The translations under genes were made by a program, and so were the position numbers. Positions 1 to 12,244 of a stretch of DNA of 64,000 nt are shown piece after piece. How positions within the stretch are numbered: position 1 is the stretch's first letter; every line of letters starts with the position of its first letter. The stretch is taken from assembly GCA_043228905.1 (NCBI GenBank), contig JBHGNT010000017.1:16802001-16866000 (forward strand), written 5' to 3'. The stretch is from Azolla caroliniana (lineage: Eukaryota > Plantae > Polypodiophyta). The notes below the pieces were generated by a model that saw only the letters and a program-made list of their open reading frames with translations, ran no database searches and was not told the DNA's origin.

Positions 1-69
1 AGTCTGATGGTCAAGAGCTCGACCCATGTAGCATAAGGTCATGGGTTTGAGTCTTGCCATATCATGACA
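1..69 (-). mobile_element. 5' end of an LTR of the Tcn1-like family (same family as 13432), inserted in the MULE transposase; runs off the window
   Basis: Reverse complement TGTCATGATATGGCAAGACTCAAACCCATGACC... matches the LTR start at 13432 (TGTCATGATATAGCAAGACTTGAACCCATGACC...). Confidence 0.85.
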
Positions 70-351
70 ACGATGAACAAGTAGCTTTGGAAACTTGCTT
101 GATAGTTATATTCGCACGGATGCCCATTGCGAGGGCAAATGCGATAGTCATCGATAAAAGTTGGACATCATATAATGCCATAAGTAATGTGGTTGCAACA
201 GACCGATTATCTTGGATTGTTACAAATGGGCAAAGGTCGCAAACACATTGTTGACTTTTGTTGTGTCAGTTCCACACAAAAAAAGCATGGTTAGACAACT
301 TGTTGCCAAAGGTAAGTGCAACTGAGAGAAACCATCTTTATAATCAGATGT
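70..351 (+). pseudogene. Mutator/MULE transposase, upstream fragment
   Basis: Translation ...AIVIDKS...LLCQFHTKKAWLDNL...YNQM carries the MULE D...CxxH-type core. The reading continues after the TSD at 10577 (QMCQLMQCITE...). Confidence 0.7.
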
Positions 352-640
352 TGTTATGTACACATAACGTTGGTGAGGGTAGGTCACTAATATTTACATT
401 AGTGAAGGGTATGTTCACTAATGTTAAAAAGGGGACTAATGATTGGATAGAAGGAATGATAGGTGCATGCACTATCATGATTTGGACAACCATGAATGGA
501 GAGCCTTTTAGAAAGGCACATCTATTCAAGGGGCCTAGGAAAAGGTATAGATATGAGGCTTAGCTACCCTCATAGGGACATTACATCGGAAGGTTGTTGT
601 CTTAGACACCAGTGGTGCGGGCTAGGCTTTCGTCTCGATG
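352..640 (+). repeat. 5' LTR, truncated
   Basis: Near-identical to 10104-10392; similarity stops abruptly at about 640. Confidence 0.9.
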
Positions 641-2999
641 AATATTACGAGGAATGGGCCAAAGTTTAACCTTTTCAATACGAGAAGATTCAATTTCAAC
701 ACCATTTTCCATAATTAAATGACCTAGGTACACAATAGATTTTTGGAAAAATCACATTTTGAATGTTTTGCATAGAAAGAGTTGTCACACAACTTTTGCA
801 AAACAAATCGAACATGATCTTGCAATGTACGGCTATATATCAAAATATCATCCAAGAAGACGACAACAACATCACCGAGTTGATCTCGGAAAACTTCATT
901 CATCGCTTGTTGGAATGTGGCTGGAGCATTAGTAAACCTGAAAGGCATGACTAAAAACTACGAAAAGCGGTTTTAGGAATATAATCCTCGACAATGCGAA
1001 TTTGATGATAACCTATTCATAAGTCAATTTTCACAAAATATCGAGCCCCATGCAAACGATCAATCAAATCATCGGCATGAGGTAACAAATATGCATTTTT
1101 AATTGCCATTTTATTCAAACGGCAATAATTGATACACATCCACCATGAACCTTCCTTCTTCTTTACTAATAGAACTGTCACACCCCAAGGTGATTTACTA
1201 TACCTAATGTGGCCCATACTCAAGTATTCCTTAAGTTGTTTGGCAATCTCATTCTCTTCTAATCGACTAAGTTGGTAAGGTGGAATGCTCATAGGAGCAG
1301 CACCGGGGATGAGTTCAATTTGGTGGTCCACACTACGTTTTGGTGGTAAAGTAAGCGACAATTCGTTAGGAAACACGTCTTGAAAATCATCTAAAATAGA
1401 GTCGAGTAATCTTTAAGTGAGTATTCTAGTTCATTAATTTATTCGTGTTAATTGATGAACTAGAATATTGACTCACTTATCCCTGGTATGTGGTAATGGT
1501 GTGGCGTCAATATTAAAATAATAAAATTGAAGCGCAGGATCAATTAACACGAATAAATTAATGAACTAGAATACTCACTTAAAGATTTAGAAGACACAAG
1601 TGAATGAGAAGGAAGTTTGGAACATTGAATAAAATGTTTACAATTATTAAGTTCAAATGTGATTGAGTGATTAACCCAATCAATGGACAAAGAAGGGTTT
1701 TTATTAAAAAACCAAGGGTATCCTAAAATGACATCAACGGATTGTAGTTTCATAAAATGAAAGTCTAGCTTCTCCAAATAGGCATCTATTTGAATTGGGA
1801 GTTGACAAACAATGCCACTGATGTATGGAACGCTTCCATTTGCCATGTGAACTTGATAGATATGATCATTTGCGTTTATGTGGAGTTCCATTTGTTGCAC
1901 AAATTGATCATTAAGAAAATTGTGAGAACTACTGGAATCAAACAAGAAATGTGCATGTGTTCCATTGATATACTCGACTGCTCGAGAGTAAATCATTAGG
2001 TCCAAGTAAATGTGAAGGAAAAGTGCATTCACATGAACTTAAGTGGTTGGTATGAACTTCAACAACATGAAAAGACTCACCTGTGTGGCTCGTAGATTTG
2101 TCTTGAGGAGGGGTGTTCATTGACTTCCTCTCAAGACGACGACAGGTATCCTTTGTGTGGCCCCGCTTCTTGCAATATGCACAGAAGAGGTTCGGTTTCT
2201 TGGAGTCGTGGTCAAGAGTGTCATTGGATTGCTTACGTTTCCCAATGAACTTGACATTTGGAGTTTTGGCGAACTCAGGTTTATTGTGGTCTTTCTTGGA
2301 AGTCCTATGGTACCAAAGTACAATGTTGACGGCTTCCTCAAAAGTTGTGGGGTCCTTGTCATGGACAATCCAATGGTAATCCCCATTGGGAATACCATTC
2401 AAAAAGCAAGCAACAAACCATTCCTCACCCGTAAGTCCCGATTTTTGGATCTGGGTCCGAGCATGATGCACATAATCCTCGAGAGAGGTAAATGGCTTAC
2501 TCGACAACGTGAGCAAGTGTTGCGTTTGTTCAGTTTGAGAAGGTGGCTGCAAAAATGGTTTCTTAAAAACATCAACGAAACCTTCCCAGGTTGTGGGTAA
2601 GTTCTTTGTAGTCCTTAGGCCGTGCCACCAAGCAGTAGCTCGACCACCTAACTCACGACCGATGTAACCAATTTTTATAGCATCGGTCTTGGGGTGGAGC
2701 TCAAAGTGAGACTCCCAACGACCAAGCCAAGCGCTAATGGCCTCCTCGGTTCTTTCTTTCTTATCTCCCTTGAATGGCGTTACTACGAAAGAAGGTTCAC
2801 CTTCTTTCTTGGACTCAATAGTCAATTCTTGGAATTTCTTTTCCAATGCCACATTGGCTTGCCTCATTTCAGCCAATTGATTCAAGGTAGTAGTGAGCAA
2901 TTGCTCAATCGTGATCTCAGCTTGTGTGCCAGATGCGAATTGGAGTTGAGACGTCTCGTTCAGAGAGATTGCTCCAACAACGGTCAAAACTTGTTCCAT
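641..2999 (-). pseudogene. Gypsy gag-protease-RT, degenerate, opposite orientation to the flanking LTRs
   Basis: Gag with zinc knuckle CAYCKKRGHTKDTC, protease LFDSSSSHNF, RT motifs [26 protein letters not shown] and FLDDILIYS; frameshifts present. Confidence 0.9.
1408..1587. repeat. 49-bp perfect inverted duplication (1408-1456 vs 1539-1587)
   Basis: AATCTTTAAGTGAG...GTTAATTGAT is the exact reverse complement of ATCAATTAAC...CTTAAAGATT. Confidence 0.9.
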
Positions 3000-4530
3000 G
3001 ATGCAGGCTGTGGTTATGCAATATAAATAAGGAGGTTCAGAAAATACACAAGCAAAATGAATGCTTGAAATTTTGATTGGAAGAACTTTACCAAGAAAGC
3101 ATCTCACGTCTTTACCCCTCTAGACATATGAGATGTGATTCGAGATCCGATAACTATGGTAACACTATGGTGTTTTAAAAACCATGGGGGCAAACATAGC
3201 TAAGATGTCTTTCTCGGATCTCTATCTTGAATAATCATGGTGTCTCCTTGAGGCTCAACCATGGTTCTAACATCAACGTAGTTTCCTAGTTAGCCTTATA
3301 CTAGAATGCCAACCCAACATGTATTGATATGGTCGAGAAAGTGTATTACTTGAAAAAACAAGTGCACTCGCAAGTAATATTCTAGTCTTGCAAGTAACAA
3401 GCAAATGTTATGAAAAAAAACGATAAAATAAGGCACTACCCATTAGAGGCAAGTAGTGACGAAAACAAGGGTAAAAAAACCCATGTGCTACCTACTAAAA
3501 AAAATGTCACAAATAAATGGATGGTGCGAGGTATGCACATATACATCCAAATATGGTGGTTGTAATTTGCACAATTGTGACATAAGCCACAAATTGATAC
3601 AAATGGTGGTGGTATTGTGTGCAAAGATGTAGTACTCAAATTTATGAGTAAAACATCAATAGGGAAACTCATATGATTTCACTTGAGTTCTAAGGCTCAA
3701 TAATATGAGTTAAACCTAGATGATCCGTTGGAAAAAATCATTAAAAAAAACGGCATGATGCCCACTCCATACGAAAAAAATAGTCTACACGGAAGCGTTA
3801 CATAATAGGTAAACGCACGTAAATACTTTATACACAAAAAGGAAGGGGAAAAATGAGAGTTAATTGTGGGCAAGTAAACAATAATTACGAGATAATCATA
3901 TAAGTGAAATGACAATTTTTGGAATTAGAAATTAATTAGAATCATAGCAATTAGGTGTATGGAACATTAAGCATGCCTTAAGGTATGAAACCCTAGAGTA
4001 GTCAACATGCACCTCCTCAAGACCACCACATCTCCCTAGAATCGGCCAAGTGATGGCTCAATAGAGGGAAGAGTGGCATACTCAACATCATATGCAAAAG
4101 GGCCATGAGGTGAGCATGTGCGATTAGGGCAAACACACTCGACCCAATGCACAACAATAATTAATATTGTAAGAGAAGGCTCAAGAGAGGGGAGCATAGG
4201 AGATACATTGCAATATACAAAGGGCCATGAGTTGAGCGTGTGTGATTAATGCAAACAGGGTCGGCCCGATGCACAATAATAATTAAAAACATGAGATTAT
4301 CTCATTGTGAAACAATAATAAGAATGTTAATGTTAAGTTTCAATAGGAATAAAAAGATCCATAAAAATATGTCCTTTTAGTTTAGTATATGCATTAAAAT
4401 GAATCAAACTAAGTAGAAGGAATCTAGTATTGCATAAAACGAAGAAAAAAATTGATTGCATCACCATCGTCCTCCTGTAACTCATCACTATAATCCAATT
4501 CTCTCGAAACAAAAGCCCTAAAAATAAGAA

Positions 4531-4987
4531 CTACCAAAGGCACCTGTAGACTTTGATGTGTACGAAGAGCATGGACATGATGTTGGAGACAAAGATGAGG
4601 GAGGTGGTGGCATCGATGGAAGCCATTCAATCTGACCTGATGATGTTCTTGTTCATACCGAGGTCTAGAAGTATAAATCTAGGCACTCAAAGGAGAAACA
4701 TGAAGTTGGAGGAGAGGTCCTCAATGATGTATTGTCCATTGACACATCTAGGCAAGAAGACGATAGGTCATACTACACTAGTATGGGAAATTGCCGCCTA
4801 CCAATCCCCGGTGGCTCCACAATCACGTCACACACTATGCCCGACACCACCATGAAATAAGTGATAAGGATGAGCACAAACACGAACATGGGAGACAGTA
4901 GGTTATCATGTTGGGGAGCTTCAATCGCATCCGGGGCGAGCGCAGGGTAGTGAAAGGGAGCCGTACTGCGTGCGAGAAAGGATTCAT
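4531..4987 (-). pseudogene. OSTC: Oligosaccharyltransferase subunit OSTC/DC2 pseudogene, intronless
   Basis: Joined frames read MNPFSHAVRLPFTTLRSPRMRLKLP / LLSPMFVFVLILITYFMVVSGIVCDVIVEPPGIG / VFLPRCVNGQYIIEDLSSNFMFLL*...ILLDL...MSMLFVHIK. This matches the OSTC motifs YDVIVEPPGIG and RVNGQYIIEGLSS; frameshifts and stops present. Confidence 0.85.
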
Positions 4988-5305
4988 GATAGCGATCTCT
5001 GAGACACACAATATATATCAATGTGTATGTATGTTACTAGATCTAGCTATGGTTATTTTATCCCTGCATCTCTCTCTCTCTCTCTCTCCACATCCGACCC
5101 CCCCCCCCCCCCCCTTCTTTTTTTTTTTTTTGATCGAACATGTACACACAAATATCCATTAAGGAAGACATTACAATTGACAACAGTAACAATGAACTGT
5201 TCATTCAATACACATGTAGCTCTAAAGTGAAATCAAAGGTTGGTTGTGTTTAGTAGCCACCTTAAAAAAAGTTGAAGAAAATGATGAAAATGATGAAAAA
5301 CTTTC

Positions 5306-5595
5306 TTAGCTGCCAAATCCATAGAGTGTGACCTTATCGTTTCAAAGCATATACCACATCCATTGTTATCATGGTCTTTCTGCAAGCATGCTTAGTGTTG
5401 GTCACAACATCATGGATCACATTCTCGAAGAAGATCTTCACAACTCCACAGGTTTCTTCATCCCACCTCTATGTGCAAGCCTTTGGACAACATGCTTCGT
5501 GATTCCTTGAATGTTATCACTATTAAAGACTTTACAGTGGCGCTTGGCACTGCCCTTTCCTAATCCTTTGCCTCTTTTGTACCTCTTCTGGACAT
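5306..5595 (-). pseudogene. H4: Histone H4 pseudogene
   Basis: MSRRG.. / [41 protein letters not shown] / [47 protein letters not shown]. It has a frameshift, an internal stop and a deletion of the RISGLIYE segment. Confidence 0.93.
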
Positions 5596-5799
5596 GACTT
5601 CCTCTGATCCTTCTATGTAGACTTGCCCTCTTCTTCTTCTTCTTCTCTTTCTTTTGCATGCTTCTCTCTCTCTCTCTCTCTCTGTCCCCCGATTTCTTCT
5701 TTTTCCTCCCACTTTTTTTTGCTAAAACGCAATACATATGTAATCTCCCCTCTTTCTTCCCTCATTTTTTGAAACAATTAGGATTTTGAAAAGAGCATT

Positions 5800-6194
5800 A
5801 TAGCATGTGTATGTACTATGTATGTATGTTCTATACATGTGTGTGTGTGTTTATGCATGTGGATATGTATGTATATTGTGTGTGTGTGTGTGTGTGTGTG
5901 TGTATGCCCTATACAATTGCATATCTATGTATGGCATGTGTGTATGTTGTATATATGTACATATTATATTGTATATATTGTATGTATGGCATGTGTGTAT
6001 GTTGTATATAAGTACATAGTGTATTGTATATATTGTATGTATGGCATGTGTGTATGTATGTACATAGTGTATGGCATGTGAGTATGTAGGTTATATGTTA
6101 TGTGCTTGTGTGTTTGTCCTATTATGTGCATATGTATGTTTTGTATTGCATGGTTGTATGTATGACATGTGTGTGTGTATGTATATATATGTGT

Positions 6195-6281
<87 letters not shown>

Positions 6282-8290
6282 ATGTTCTATACATGTGCTT
6301 AAGCATGATATTATATGTATAGCATGTGTGTCTGTGTTCTATATATATGCATATGTATTGTATTGCATGCATATATATGTATGTGTTGTGTGTATGCATG
6401 GATGTGTGTATGCATCTATGTACATATTGTATTGCATTGTACCATATTGTATTAAATGCATTATTGTATATATTCATTGTATGTATGGCATATGTATATG
6501 TATGTATGTATGTATTGAATTGCATGTGTTGTATATATTGTATGTATGGCATGTGAGTATGTATAATGTGTATATGTGGTATGTGTGTGTATGTTCTATA
6601 TATGTGCACATGTATGTGGGTATGTATTATATGTGCATATGTATGTATGTATGTATGTCTGTATGTATCACATGTGTGTATGTATGTACGTGCTATATGT
6701 GTGCGTATGTTCTATACATGTGCATATGTATAGGAATATTACATTCGATCATCCACATGCACATATATACAACACAATACGTACAAGTGTGAAGCCAAGG
6801 ACAATTGTAAAGATACATCTCCAATTGAAACAATCAAGGATAAGATTCTTGGAGATGTTTTAGGTAAATGGATGATAGAATGTAATAGGATGTTTTAGGT
6901 ATATTTATGCATGTGCACATGTGAATGAATATATGTATGTATGTAATATGTAATGTATGCATGTTTGTATGTGTATGCATATATGCATACATGTGTGTGT
7001 GGATGTTTGTTTGTAATATGTATGCATATATCTAATGTATGCATGCATGCATGTATGTTTATGTACATGTAGCAATGTATAAATGAATATATGTATGTCC
7101 ATGTACAAATGTACATATGTATATGCATATGTAATGTATGTATGTATGTCTATGTATATATCCATATTTAAATGTACATGATTCAATGTGTATGAATGTG
7201 TGATTGTAATATGTGCATAATATGTATCTATATATCTAATGTATGTATATATGTGTATGTGTGTGTGTGTATGGTGATATGTATGTACGTGTATGAATGT
7301 ATGGATGTGTATATTTGTACGTATATTTTTGGGATATTTTTCATGTTTAGTATGTATATGGCTCATATATGGATATATGTTTGTAATATGTACGTAATAT
7401 GCATGTATATATATCCGATGTATATGTAAGTATACATATATGATATATCTAATGTGTGTGTATGTATGTATATATGTAAATTTGTAATATATCTATATAT
7501 TTATACATGTAATTTATGTATGTATGTGTAAGTAAATTTGTATATTGTGTAATAACTATGGTTATATCATATATGATACGCAATATCTATTTTATTTATG
7601 CGTGCGTGTGTGTGTGCATGTATGTATATATATATATATATATATATGTAACTTGTTTGTATGTATGTATGAAGATTTGTATACATATAATAACTATAAG
7701 TAATATTAGGTATTAATTTATGCATGTGTATGTGTATGTGTATATATATTATGTAATTTATTTTTTTGTGTTTGGAATGTATATATGTATGCATTTGTAT
7801 AAAATTGTGTGTATAACAACATATGTGTGTAATATGTAATATATAAAATATGTTTGTAAGAATGTGTATGTATATATCTAATATGTCATTTTTATGTATG
7901 TATTATGTATATATGTATGTCAATATATATGGCTGATTCTAATATGTATGTAGTATGTAATGTATGTACATATGTGTATGTACATATTTACATATGGTAA
8001 GATATATTTGTACATATATTTATGTTTAGTCAAAATACATGTATAAATGGGTACAATGTATGTATATACATATTCACGGATGTAACGTTTGAATGTAACA
8101 TATATGCATGCATAATATATTCTTTACTATCTCATTGAAATATCTAATATTTCATGGGCTTATATAATTTATTTTTTCCAACATAATTGATAATACCCTT
8201 ATGTAAATATATTTTAAAAATATTTATTAATACCCTTATATAAATACATTTTGTATCTCAACAACTAATTAAAACCCCTTTTGATGAACT
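5800..8290. repeat. Degenerate TG/TA/TATG microsatellite field with a pure (TG)n run at about 6198-6278
   Basis: Directly visible alternating purine-pyrimidine low-complexity sequence. Confidence 0.95.
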
Positions 8291-8329
8291 CATGTGCTAT
8301 CATACAAGTTTTGACAGTGAACCCCCCGG

Positions 8330-10096
8330 GGCTCAATCTCGGTATTCGGTTCAAGAGAAAGAGTTGTTTGCGGTAATACATGCACTTAAAACATGGAGGC
8401 ACTATCTCAATGGAAATAAATTTGTGGTTACAACATACCATCAATCATTGAAGTATTTTTGTGACCACCCAAATCTTGTTGGTCGTAAAGGCCGTTGGGC
8501 CGACCTTATACAAGATTTTGATTTTTCCATACAGTATCGCAAGGGTTCTATGAACACCGTTGCAGATGCTCTTAGTCACATTAAAGAAGTTAACATGCTT
8601 AGCTTCATGGAAATAAAATCTGATCTTTTAGATCACCTTCGAGGGAAATACCTTGATGACAATTATTTTTCAAAATACTGGACGAAAGCTGAATCTGGTT
8701 TAGATGCCGATACTAGCACCCTACCCTCGAAGGTGACCTTTCACATTACAAATGGTTTGCTCTACCATAGTGGAAAGGTCTGTGTTCCAGATTTACCAAA
8801 CGTAAAACAGAAAATTCTTCATGAATGTCATGATGCACCATCTGCTGGTCATCAAGGAATACAACGCACACTCGTTCTCATCTTGAGTACTTTTTTCTGG
8901 CCTAAGATGCGCTCTAACATGCATAAATATGTAACTCAATGCTTACAATGTCAGATTGATAAGTCGGAACGACTTAAAGCTGTGGGTCTTTTACATCACT
9001 TAGATATTCCCAACAACAAATGGGAAAGTATCTCGATGGATTTTATTGTTAGTTTACCTCGTACATAGAGGGGTCATGATGCCATTTGGGTTGTCGTTGA
9101 CAGACTAACAAAATTGGCTAGATTTATTCCTATGAAAATCACGGTAACCTCTCAACAATTGGCTTATCAATTTGTTGATGAGTTATTTCGCTTTTATGGA
9201 TTACCGATGGATATTGTTAGTGATCGAGATTCCAACTTTACTAGTAACTTTTGGACTTAGGTCTTTAAGAAACTAGAAACTACGTTGAACATGAGTTTCG
9301 CAGATCATCCTTAGTCTGATGGACAAATGAACGAGTTAATCAAATTATTGAGGATATGCTTTGAGCTTATGTAGCAAAAACCCCTTCTATGTGGGAGCAA
9401 TACCTTCCTATCTTAGAACTTGCCTATAATAGCTCTAAGCATACATACACTAGATATAGTCCTTTTATGTTGATGTATGGTTTTTAGCCACGTGCCCCAG
9501 TTGATGTCATGATTCATCGTGATACATTAGACAATACACACAATTTTTTGCAAGACATGAACCAAATGTTGCATATTGCCAAAGAGAATGTCAAGACAGC
9601 TCAAGATCATGCTTGATTTTATGCTGATCAGGATAGACGTCCTCGTGCATTTACTATTAGTCAAAAAGTTTTTTTGTGTATTCCTACTGACTCTACGTCA
9701 TTGTCTACAGGCAAGTGCGCTAAGTTAGCCCCACGATATTGTGGCCCATTTGAAATCCTTAAGCGGGTTGGGTCATCTGGTTATCACCTTGCCTTACCCC
9801 GTAACGTTGGTATTCATCCTGTTTTTCACGTCAGTCGTCTAAAACCATTTTTTGCCTCTGGTGATAACACCATCACAATCCAAGATCTTGTAACATTAGA
9901 GGATTTTGCTTACAAACCTCATGTCCTTGAACGAATTCTTGATTCTCGTACTAAACATTTACGTTCTAAAGAGATTTGGCTATTCCAGATCAAATGGATG
10001 GATAAACCTATTGATGATGCCACATGGGAACGCGAACATACTCTTAAGGCGCAATTTCCTCACTTTATATTGCAAAAGTGCAATCTTTTGAAGTAG
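8330..10096 (+). pseudogene. Gypsy RNase H-integrase-chromodomain, degenerate
   Basis: EKELFAVIHALKTWRHYL; integrase HHCC (HDAPSAGH...CLQCQ) and WESISMDFI; LAPRYCGPF; chromodomain ERILDSR...FQIKWMDKPIDDATWERE; several premature stops. Confidence 0.92.
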
Positions 10097-10103
10097 GGGA
10101 GTA

Positions 10104-10576
10104 TGTTATGTACACATAACGTTGGTGAGGGTAGGTCACTAATATTTACATTAGTGAAGGGTGCATTCACTAATGTTAAAAAGGGGACTAATGATTGGAT
10201 AGAAGGAATGATAGGTGCATGCACTATCATGATTTGGACAACCAATGAATGGAGAGCCTTTTAGAAAGGCACATCTATTCAAGGGGCCTACGAAAAGGTA
10301 TAAATATGAGGCTTACCTACCCTCATAGGGACATTACGTCGGAAGGCTGCCGTCTTAGACACTGGTGGTGCGGGCTAGGCTTTTGTCTCGACGATCATGT
10401 TTATCTCTTCCAAGGTATTAGTCATCCTAATATCTGGCGGTATGGGACGTCAGTGGTAGGTTGGCTATGTCTAGATCATAGATCGGGGGTGGTCGGGTGG
10501 AACAGGTTCTTCTATCCAATCTATTTTCCTTCTTTTACTTTACTTTGGTGTATTGATTAGTAATAGACTCTTAACA
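10104..10576 (+). repeat. 3' LTR (TG...CA)
   Basis: Follows the PPT, matches 352-640 and is followed by TSD GATGT. Confidence 0.92.
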
Positions 10577-11730
10577 GATGTGCCAACTCATGCAATGCAT
10601 TACCGAATCCACATTCAGTGCCCAATGTGAGGAGTTAAAGGTAGAATATGCAAAGAAGCCAAGTATTTGGCAATATATAGAAGGAGGATGGTGTGGCTTG
10701 ACACGTGTGGAGGAAATTGTGGCCCAAATTTGGTAGAATGTTCAACTACAGACATGTTGACACTACCAATTTTGTGGAGAGACATTGACAAATGATCAAA
10801 TATACTGCCTTGAGAGGGAGGATAAACCGATCAATGATTGATCTTCTGCATGTTTTAATCGGGGACAATCAAATTGGCACTTGCGTAGGGGGCACTGTTA
10901 TTGAATCGTACAAGCAACAACAAGAAATATGTGAGAGTGGTAGATTTGCACCCCGTGCAAATTGTAGGGATCAAACAACAAGACTTAAAGAGGCCGAGAA
11001 GCTACTAGAGAGGTATGAAACTAACGATGCAACAATGCATATTGTGGATGAGCCCCGATATTGGTTTAAAATATTGAGCTTGACAAAACCGAATGTATGG
11101 TATAATGTACCACTCCAATGCTCATATTGTGATTGCCAAGACCCTACGAGTAAATGTAAGCATATACTCGGCATCAGGATGATTATTGAGAGGCACATGC
11201 CACATCTATGTGGGTTAGTGCCTTTTATAGATCATGCAAACCATATGCGTAATGACCATTCCACAGAGACGGAAGTGGAGACAGAGGTAGAACCGATCGA
11301 GGAGACAAACCCTATAACATCACAAATGGAGGAATGGGAGTAGAAATTACAAACGACTGAGGGAGCGGTTCAATGTCTTAGGCAAGGGTTACAATCCCTC
11401 GACCGTGCAACAATTTTGGCATGTATGGAGTCCAACCAATGAAGAAGACCGTGGATCCATAAGGCATAAGCAAGAAATTGGTGCAAAAAGGGGAGCATCA
11501 GTCAACATTTCACAAGATCTTATTGGCAGCTCCCCAAACACTTCCAAGGCACACACCAGAAAAATGCAAAGAGGCGCAAGTTGAGCTAGGAGGCAGTTGC
11601 CAATATGTGCGATAGAGAAAATTTTATGCTTGCATTGTGATGCCTTAGCCTTTAGATCAAGGGACTCAAATGTTGATTGTTGCAAGAATTGTGGCCGCAT
11701 CTTGCCATCATCTCTGGATGAGCCATAAAC
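10577..11730 (+). pseudogene. MULE transposase, downstream part with SWIM zinc finger
   Basis: ...YIEGGW...TTNFVERH*QMIKY...; SWIM-type CDC..x..CKH (CSYCDCQDPTSKCKHIL); stops and frameshift. Confidence 0.78.
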
Positions 11731-11759
11731 ATAGCTTGCGTGGTTTTGCAGGCCAGTGC

Positions 11760-12060
11760 ATTTGGGTTTACAATGTTTAAAGTGGATTTATGTTGATTTA
11801 AAAGTGCATTTGGGAGTATGTCATATGTTGATTTATGTTTTAAGTTTCTTGTTTCAAGTATGTCATATGTTGATTTATGTTTTAAGTTTTCTGTTTCAAG
11901 TATGTCATATTTTGATTTGGGTTTACAATGTTTAAAGTGGATTTACGTTCAAAGGATGTCATATGTTGATTTATTTTTCAAGTATGTCATATGCCGATTT
12001 ATGTTTCAAATATGTTGTATGTAGATTTATGTTTCAAGTATGTTATAAGTTGATCTCTGT
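11760..12060. repeat. Degenerate short tandem repeats (TATGTCATATGTTGATTTATGTT-type), subterminal to the MULE
   Basis: Several imperfect copies visible. Confidence 0.7.
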
Positions 12061-12244
12061 TTTTATGTTTTCTAACTTTTAACTTTTATGTTTTAAGATG
12101 ATTATTTGTTTTATTTTAAGTATGGTGAAGATCATCGATTTTGAATAATTTAAGGTTGGATTTTGTGACTATTTGATATGTTATTGTAAGTTTTAAGGGT
12201 AATGATCAAGCTTATTTGAAGATTTTGGCTGAAATGATACATTT

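Larger units (their letters stand above)
352..10576 (+). mobile_element. Ty3/Gypsy chromovirus LTR retrotransposon, internally rearranged
   Basis: LTRs start TGTTATGTACAC at 352 and 10104, and the 3' LTR ends TTAACA at 10576. The 5-bp TSD GATGT is at 347-351 and 10577-10581. A PPT (AAGTAGGGGAG) precedes 10104. Confidence 0.9.

Noticed and set aside
5306-5595. Functional histone H4 variant
   Set aside because: Frameshift, internal stop, deletion and many substitutions at invariant residues.
5805-7794. Many Cys/Val/Tyr/His-rich ORFs
   Set aside because: Translation artefacts of TG/TA microsatellite sequence.
3434-8319. CACTA-type element bounding the H4/OSTC filler (CACTA at 3434, CAGTG at 8315-8319)
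   Set aside because: The two ends do not form an extended inverted repeat and there is no 3-bp TSD.
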